DNA from: Macrostomum lignano
Lineage: Eukaryota
Length of the DNA stretch: 64,000 nucleotides
Direction of reading: 5' to 3'
Assembly: GCA_002269645.1 (NCBI GenBank)
Contig: NIVC01003807.1
Coordinates: forward strand, 1-64,000
Part shown: positions 45,003-64,000 of the stretch, piece after piece
Layout of the letters: each line of letters begins with the position of its first letter
How positions within the stretch are numbered: the first letter of the stretch is position 1
The notes under the pieces: model-generated
Told to the model about the DNA's origin: nothing
Database searches by the model: none
The model's input: only the letters and a program-made list of their open reading frames with translations
Program-made: the position numbers and the translations under genes

Positions 45003-45928
45003 CGCTGCAGCCACAGCACTGCACTCGGCCATAGACAATAAAGCCAATCAAGTGCAGACTCCCCATTCCCTGCAGCAACAGCAGCCACAGCACTGCACTC
45101 GGCCATAGACAATAAAGCCAATCAAGTGCAGACTCCCCATTCCCTGCAGCAACAGCAGCCACAGCACTGCACTCGGCCATAGACAATAAAGCCAATCAAG
45201 TGCAGACTCCCCATTCCCTGCAGCAACAGCAGCCACAGCACTGCACTCGGCCATGGACAATAAAGCCAATCAAGTGCAGACTCCCCATTCCCTGCAGCAA
45301 CAGCAGCCACAGCACTGCACTCGGCCATAGACAATAAAGCCAATCAAGTGCAGACTCCCCATTCCCTGCAGCAACAGCAGCCACAAGCACTGCACTCGGC
45401 CATAGACAATAAAGCCAATCAAGTGCAGACTCCCCATTCCCTGCAGCAACAGCAGCCACAAGCACTGCACTCGGCCATAGACAATAAAGCCAATCAAGTG
45501 CAGACTCCCCATTCCCTGCAGCAACAGCAGCCACAGCACTGCACTCGGCCATAGACAATAAAGCCAATCAAGAGCAGACTCCCCATTCCCTGCAGCAACA
45601 GCAGCCACAGCACTGCACTCGGCCATAGACAATAAAGCCAATCAAGTGCAGACTCCCCATTCCCTGCAGCAACAGCAGCCACAGCACTGCACTCGGCCAT
45701 AGACAATAAAGCCAATCAAGAGCAGACTCCCCATTCCCTGCAGCAACAGCAGCCACAGCACTGCACTCGGCCATAGACAATAAAGCCAATCAAGTGCAGA
45801 CTCCCCATTCCCTGCAGCAACAGCAGCCACAGCACTGCACTCGGCCATAGACAATAAAGCCAATCAAGTGCAGACTCCCCATTCCCTGCAGCAACAGCAG
45901 CCACAGCACTGCACTCGGCCATAGACAA
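45003..45928. repeat. 74-bp minisatellite (cagccacagcactgcactcggccatagacaataaagccaatcaagtgcagactccccattccctgcagcaacag)
   Basis: About 12.5 units. The ORF track shows near-identical ORFs staggered by 74 bp. Confidence 0.97.
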
Positions 45929-46534
45929 TTAAGTCAGTCAAATGTGGGCATATAGAAATAGTTGTCAATTTAGAGTACTGTGTAAACAAACCGGCATCCA
46001 ATGAATTCTGCACTATTGTCAAGCTGTCCAATGAAGGCAATCTAGACACTGAGTCTTTATTTTAACCTGAAAATCGCACGATTATTGAGAAAAGTAAAAC
46101 AATGAATAGCATATATTGATGAGAATTGCTCTGCTAATCCAGCCACTTCCCGGAATCTACAGTGGAGCTGATAGTGAGGGTGATACACTCGTATCTTGCT
46201 GCGCCCGAACGGACTCGCTGTCAGCTCTTTGTCAACCTATTATTTAGTAGGTGATTTTCTCTTACAGATAAATTGCAAACTAATAAGTGTAAAGCCCGGT
46301 TAACACTACTGTTAGTAGCTCTGCAGGTCAGATAGGATTGAAATTCAAGTTTTTTCATTGTTTTTTCTTTATTTTCAAGTCAATAAACATCTCCGTCAGT
46401 CTTAAAAATGTTGTTCGTCGCCATTCGGGCTCAGCAAAGTACAATTTAATACCATAGCAAATATACGAGCGGATAAACACGCTAGGCAGATTAATATTAA
46501 AACTGTAAAAACAGATATCAGCAGTTGCTAATGA

Positions 46535-49500
46535 TCACTCGATGGAAGGCAGCGGCCCCACCCCGGCAGCCAGCCGGTGCACCGCCTCCGCCACCTGCAG
46601 CGCCAGCTGGTCCGCCAGCTCCCTGGTTGCGCCCTCAGCGTACACCCGGACAACATCCTCCGTGCCGGACGGGCGGACAAAAGCCCGGCCACGCTGGGTG
46701 GCCGCCACCAGGTCATCTATGACCGGCTGCAGTCCCTCCGGCAGCACGCAGCGCCGCTCGGCATCCGTGGTGGTCACCGCCGACCTGTTGGCGACCGACA
46801 CCTTCAGCTGGCGGCTGGGCAGGTCCGTGTAGCAGGCGTTCCACTCGGCCGCGCCCCAGCCCGCCTCGGCCAGCGCGTGCTCCACTGCGAGCAGCACAGA
46901 GACTGCGTCACCCACCTGCGGCAGTGAGAGCGGGAGATGCTTGAGCCTGACCTCTGCTGACACTAAATATGCCTGTCCCTGACACCTCTGCTGACACTAA
47001 ATATGCCTGTCTCTGACACCTCTGCTGACACTAAATATGCCTGTCCCTGACATCTCTGCTGACACTAAATATGCCTGTGTCTGACATCTCTGCTGACACT
47101 AAATATGCCTGTGTCTGACATCTCTGCTGACACTAAATATGCCTGTGTCTGACATCTCTGCTGACCATAAATATGCCTGTGTCTGACACCTCTGCTGACC
47201 ATAAATATGCCTGTGTCTGACATCTCTGCTGACCATAAATATGCCTGTGTCTGACACCTCTGCTGACCATAAATATGCCTGTGTCTGACATCCCACACTG
47301 AAATTGCTGAGTCCTGACCCCCTATCACAGAAAGCTTTCAACCCCAGACCCCGAGCACAAGCGCGCCGCAGCCCACCGTCTCATTGATCAGATCCATCAC
47401 CAGGCGCAGTTCTCGAGCCGCTTCAACTTTCTCGCCAGCCTCGCCCTCACTGTCGGCAGCGACGGCCAAAATAGCCGATCGAGCCCGGTCGCTGAACAGC
47501 ACAGTGCCGTGACCGTTGGCCTCAAAATAAACGCCGATGTCGAAGTCTTTGGCCCGCTTGTGCAGATGCTTGACGCCGGTTGGCACGCAAGCCACCGCCA
47601 CGCCCAGCTGTTCGGCGAGGTAGCGGGTGGACTCGGCGTTGGCGTAGGCGGTCTGCACCAGGCCGGTGTTCAGATTCAGCCCGGCCGCTCGGATCCGCCC
47701 GATCAGGTAGGCGGCGAGCAGGGCCGCCTGCTTGTCGCCGTCCAACATCTGCGCGATGGCGATGGCGATTATTCGGTTAGTTGGTGTTTATTAATTTTTG
47801 TTTACTGGTTAATTTTAGTTCATTTGGTGAATTCTTTTTGTCGATTTTTTGCTTACTTGCTAATTTTAGCTTACTTGTTGATTTTTAGTGTATTTGTTGA
47901 TCTTAGTTGATTTGTTGATTTTAGCTTACTGTTGATTTTTAGTGTATTTGTTGATTTTAGTTGATTTGTTGATTTTAGCTTTCTTGTTGATTGTGTTTAT
48001 TTGTTGATTTTAGCTTACTTGTTGATTTTTAGTGTATTTGTTGATTTTAGTTGATTTGTTGATTTTAGCTTTTTTGTTGATTTTAGTTGATTTGTTGATT
48101 TTAGCTTTCTTGTTGATTTTAGCTGATTTGTTGATTTTAGCTGATTTGTTGATTTTAGCTGATTTGTTGATATTAGCTGATTTGTTGATTTTTAGTTTAT
48201 TTGTTGATTTTTAGTTGATTAGTTGATTTTTAGTTGATTTGTTGATTTTTAGTTTATTTGTTGATTTTAGTTGATTTGTTGATTTTAGTTGATTTGTTGA
48301 TTTTAGCTTTCTTGTTGATTTTAGCTGATTTGTTGATTTTAGCTGATTTGTTGATTTTAGCTTACTTGTTGATTTTTAGTTTATTTGTTGATTTTAGTTG
48401 ATTAGTTGATTTTTAGTTGATTTGTTGATTTTTAGTTTATTTGTTGATTTTAGTTGATTTGTTGATTTTAGTTGATTTGTTGATTTTAGCTTTCTTGTTG
48501 ATTTTAGCTGATTTGTTGATTTTAGCTGATTTGTTGATTTTAGCTGATTTGTTGATTTTAGCTGATTTGTTGATTTTTAGTTTATTTGTTGATCTTTGTT
48601 GATTTGTTGATTTTAGTTGATTTGTTGATTTTAGCTGGCTAATTTTTTGTTTTTCGTTGATCTTTGTTTATGTGTAAGGTTCTTTGTTCATTTGTTGATT
48701 TTTGTTTATGTGTAAGTTTTTGTTTACTTGTAGAGTTTTTTGTGTAGGGTTTTTTGTTTATTTGTAATTTTTTATTTATAGCTTTTTGTTTACTCGTATT
48801 TGTAGGCATATTTTTGTAGTTTTTTAGTTAAGTTGAGTTTTTCTGTAGCTGTTTGTTGATGTGAAGCCGTTTTATTATTTCAATTTTTGTCTATTTTCAG
48901 TCTTCTTGTTGATTTGCAGCTTTTTCATTTGCATTTTTTCTAATCTTGCCTTGTATTTTAAAGCAGAAGCCCCTCATTCTCACCTGGAACTGGCCCTCGG
49001 AGTCGCAGTAGAAATAGATTATCCTATCAGCATCGCCATCGAACGAAGCCCAGCGCTGCCCCGGCTCGAACTGCAGGCCCCGGCCCTCCGGGAAGCGCAT
49101 CTGCACTTTGACGAAGTCCGCACCGCACCTGCGGGTGGGGGCACACATGAAATACTGACAGTCACTCATGAAATACTGACAGTCACACATGAAATACTGA
49201 CAGGCACACATGAAATACTGACAGGCACACATGAAATACTGACAGTCACACATGAAATACTGACAGGCACACATAAAAGACAAAGAAACAGTCACATTAA
49301 AGGACAGAGAACCAAACGTAAAAGACAGGCAAACCCAGATATTAAAAAAGACAGACAAATAAAGACGGACAAACAGACATTAAGGGCAGACGAACAGACA
49401 TTAAGCGCAGGTAAAAAATACAAGGTGAGCCCGGTGCAGTCACCTATAATTAAGCTCGCCATCGCCGCTATTATGCACAACCAGGCGCAGGTGCTCGCCA

Positions 49501-50991
49501 AGAAGCGGCGCCAACTGCGCCAGCGCCCCGGCGCCAACTCCGTTAGCGGCGTCGATGTGAACGCTGCGAGGACCGGCGCCGCCGCCGCCCTTTAGCGACC
49601 TTCTCTCGGCCAGTCGGACAAAAGCGCCGGCCAGTTTCTCGGCGTAACCGGACAGGCTCGGCCGGCCGTAAGCCGGGTTGTTGGTGCAGGCCACAATGTA
49701 GTGCAGCTGCGGAGTTGTGAGCACGCCCAGCTGCTCAGCCACAGCCAGCTGTTCGTCATCGGCTTCATCAGTGCCGGCCGGATTGCAGGCGCGAACTCCG
49801 GCGGCCACAGCCTCGGCCAGGCTGGGCGAGGATTTGCGCGAATCGTGTCCGACCAGAACTCGGCCGCGCCTGGACGGACGGAAGAGATGAGGGTGAAACT
49901 GGTTAACTGTCCTACTGGCCTAGTGGTCAGAGCGTCGGACTCACCACCGAAAGGTCGGGGGTTCGATTCCCGACCCATTCGGAGCAATTTGTGTCCTTGA
50001 GCAAGACACTTAACTCTGCATTGCTTCAGTTCACCCAGCTGTAAAATGGGTGCCAGCATTAGCTGGGGTAATTGAGGCTGTGTGGAGACCCCCCAGTCCT
50101 TGGACTGAACAGCCGTACGCAGCCTTCAGATGCGCCGCGCAATAGCTGCGGCTGAGCTGTCGGTTGCACATTTGGCCCAATTGGGGCCAACCCCAAGCTT
50201 ACTCAGGCATATATACTTAGTAAAACTGCTCACTACTTCCAGTACAGTAGCAAGGAAGAATTCAAGGCGCAATTGCAAAGTACATTAGCCAGCGCCACTG
50301 TGAATGTACATGACAGCTTTAGGCTGAAACCACCGAGAAAAGCAAAAAAAAATGGGCGGCCGGGGCGGCGGGGTTGAGGTTTTGTTCGGAAAGGCGCAAT
50401 GGGGGAGGGTTTAAGCTTAAGAGCCAATAAAGAGCCAATTGTGTTTAAAAATATTTGAAATTGCTTCTGTTTAACTTACTACTGAACTGAATAGTAGCTT
50501 ACACGCAAATGTGCTGAGTGAGGAAAAGCCTACCTAGCAACAAACTGAGCCGTGGTTATGAATTCGCTATCGTGCAGAGTGCTCAACAGCACGTGAAGAT
50601 GATTCCTCAGCTCGGTGTCTAACGCGTTCACCAGTCCGCTGGCGATCGGCTCCCATTCAACCGGCAGCATGTCGCCATTGGGCTCGACCAGTTTGACGCC
50701 GTTGTCATGCTCGGGATTGTGGCTGGCCGTCACCATCACGCCGACTGCTTGCCCGTGCAGAGATCGCGACCTCAGAGCGGCCAGCACTCCCATGCGAAAC
50801 ATGATGTAGTCCATTTGGCCCGCGTCCGCTCGCATCCGGAAGCCGGCGGTGCCGTAGGCCACGTGACCATGCAGCTGCGGATGCCTGTAGGCGCCGGAGC
50901 AGGCCGTCTGGCACACGGAGTTCACCAGGGCGTCAACCGAGGCTGGTGGCGGCAGCACCGCCGAGTTTCTGTTGTGCGACTGTTGAGTCAA
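46535..50991 (-). CDS. PGM3: Phosphoacetylglucosamine mutase; complement(join(46535..46915,47377..47748,48984..49128,49444..49869,50534..50991)), 593 codons, no initiator ATG found
   Basis: Motifs YGTAGFR, GVMVTASHNPEHDNGVKL (catalytic Ser), LTTPQLHY, DAANGVGA, CGADFVK, SFDGDADR, DGDK, GVKHLH, GVYFEANGHGTV, RAFVRPSGTEDVVRVYAE. Four GT-AG introns in compatible phases (2, 2, 0, 0); total 1782 nt. Confidence 0.95.
46950..47290. repeat. 34-bp minisatellite (ctgacacctctgctgacactaaatatgcctgtgt) in PGM3 intron 4
   Basis: About 10 units. Confidence 0.93.
47850..48640. repeat. Degenerate T-rich ~18-bp repeat (ttgttgattttagctgat) in PGM3 intron 3
   Basis: Dense recurrence of ttgttgatttt(t)ag units. 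Confidence 0.88.
49142..49272. repeat. 21-bp minisatellite (cacatgaaatactgacagtca) in PGM3 intron 2
   Basis: About 6 units. Confidence 0.9.
49909..50175 (+). mobile_element. tRNA-derived SINE with a CORE/Deu-like central domain, antisense in PGM3 intron 1
   Basis: Pol III A box tggcctagtgg (49916-49926) and B box ggttcgattcc (49960-49970), followed by tgtgtccttgagcaagacacttaactc...cacccagctgtaaaatgggt, which resembles conserved SINE central domains. It lacks a proper tRNA acceptor stem. Confidence 0.8.
50200..50520. mobile_element. Unclassified TIR element, copy 3 (PGM3 intron 1)
   Basis: Same internal sequence as copies 1 and 2. The right TIR is truncated at ctgagtg, 13 bp from the intron 1 donor. 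Confidence 0.75.
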
Positions 50992-51000
50992 CTGGAAATA
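50992..51000 (-). promoter_or_regulatory. 3' splice (probably trans-splice) acceptor TATTTCCAG| immediately before the PGM3 reading frame
   Basis: The acceptor is in phase 0 with the PGM3 frame. There is an in-frame stop at 51036-51034 and no in-frame ATG between it and the acceptor. Confidence 0.7.
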
Positions 51001-51050
51001 TTGCGGGTTTTGAATGCGACTGCCGTCTCTGTCTCAACTCTCATAGGATC

Positions 51051-51863
<813 letters not shown>

Positions 51864-52384
51864 TAGGCAGCCAAATTGAATGAAAACCGTGAAGCACGAA
51901 GTGTTAAGATATAGAAAAGTGTTTATAAACCGGTCTATATATTGCAACAGCTGGTTAAAAATGCTTTAATAAGCTTGAGAATTCAAACAGGCAGAACAGA
52001 ACGCAGTACACTATTAGCGTAGAAAACACAGTACACAATAGAAAAATAACATTAATATAATGCAAATGCTTGCATGGTGAAATATAAATTCAGAGTATTA
52101 AAGTTAATTAATAAACTTGATTAGTTGTTAACCAGTAAAACTTAGGAGTTGAGTCATGAGTCAAGACAGCACCCTTATTGCATTAGTTGGCATTAAAGAC
52201 AGCGATATATATCATAAATAATATAGTAAAAAATAGAAAATGCATATCGCCAATCAGCCGGGCCAAGTGTAAAAAAGAACATTGAGCTTCCTAATGGCAG
52301 TAAGTGAATTATAAAAATGCTTAATCATTTTTTGCGTAATAATCGTTAATCCAATTGTATTAACTTCGAACAGATTATTCCAGG

Positions 52385-63719
<11,335 letters not shown>

Positions 63720-63921
63720 CTGAGGAAGTTGGTGAGAAATAAATAAGAAAAACTAGGCCACTGATTAGGTTAATTAATAGTCCGTGTTGATTTCGTAGGA
63801 ATCGATACATAAACGGGAATATACAGCTGGAGAAATGAATAGGAGCAGACTCAGCAGACACATAAAAAGATACAAACCAGAAAAAAGTGAGATAAGACAG
63901 GTCCAAAGAAACAGATAGGAG

Positions 63922-64000
63922 GAGACACAGGTGTGAAGAGACACAGGTGTGAAGAGACACAGGTGTGAAGAGACACAGGTGTGAAGAGACACAGGTGTGA
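63922..64000. repeat. 16-bp minisatellite (gagacacaggtgtgaa), runs off the window
   Basis: Five units visible. Confidence 0.9.

Noticed and set aside
44950-46049. Series of 60-120-aa ORFs (MALLSMAECS...)
   Set aside because: Artefacts of the 74-bp tandem unit.

Overview
Eukaryotic (animal) genomic DNA, not prokaryotic; no CRISPR array or rRNA is present. GC-rich exons are separated by introns filled with private minisatellites. This style resembles the flatworm Macrostomum, but that is an inference and I cannot confirm the taxon without a search. Splice junctions were reconstructed by hand for four conserved genes: INTS7 (+, 4 exons, 8253-13792), an ATRX/XNP SNF2 helicase with no visible ADD domain (+, 8 exons, 33349-42283), PGM3 (-, 5 exons, 50991-46535) and RTEL1 (-, 5' end outside the window, at least 10 exons, 63719-52385, with a harmonin-like domain and C-terminal RING). 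One orphan 157-aa ORF lies on the - strand. Mobile elements are a decayed hAT transposon with an exact 8-bp TSD and an in-frame intron, two hAT MITEs of one family, a three-copy TIR element family, a mariner-like MITE and a tRNA-derived SINE. There are about 25 distinct tandem arrays, including a visually perfect 16.3-kb 28-bp satellite. Best leads: (1) PGM3 has no usable ATG and starts at a phase-0 splice acceptor, as expected if a spliced-leader 3' AUG supplies the initiator; (2) it lies 1.4 kb downstream of RTEL1 on the same strand, a candidate RTEL1-PGM3 operon; (3) 18 of 24 introns carry their own unique tandem array, and many arrays share a CAATC/GATTG core.
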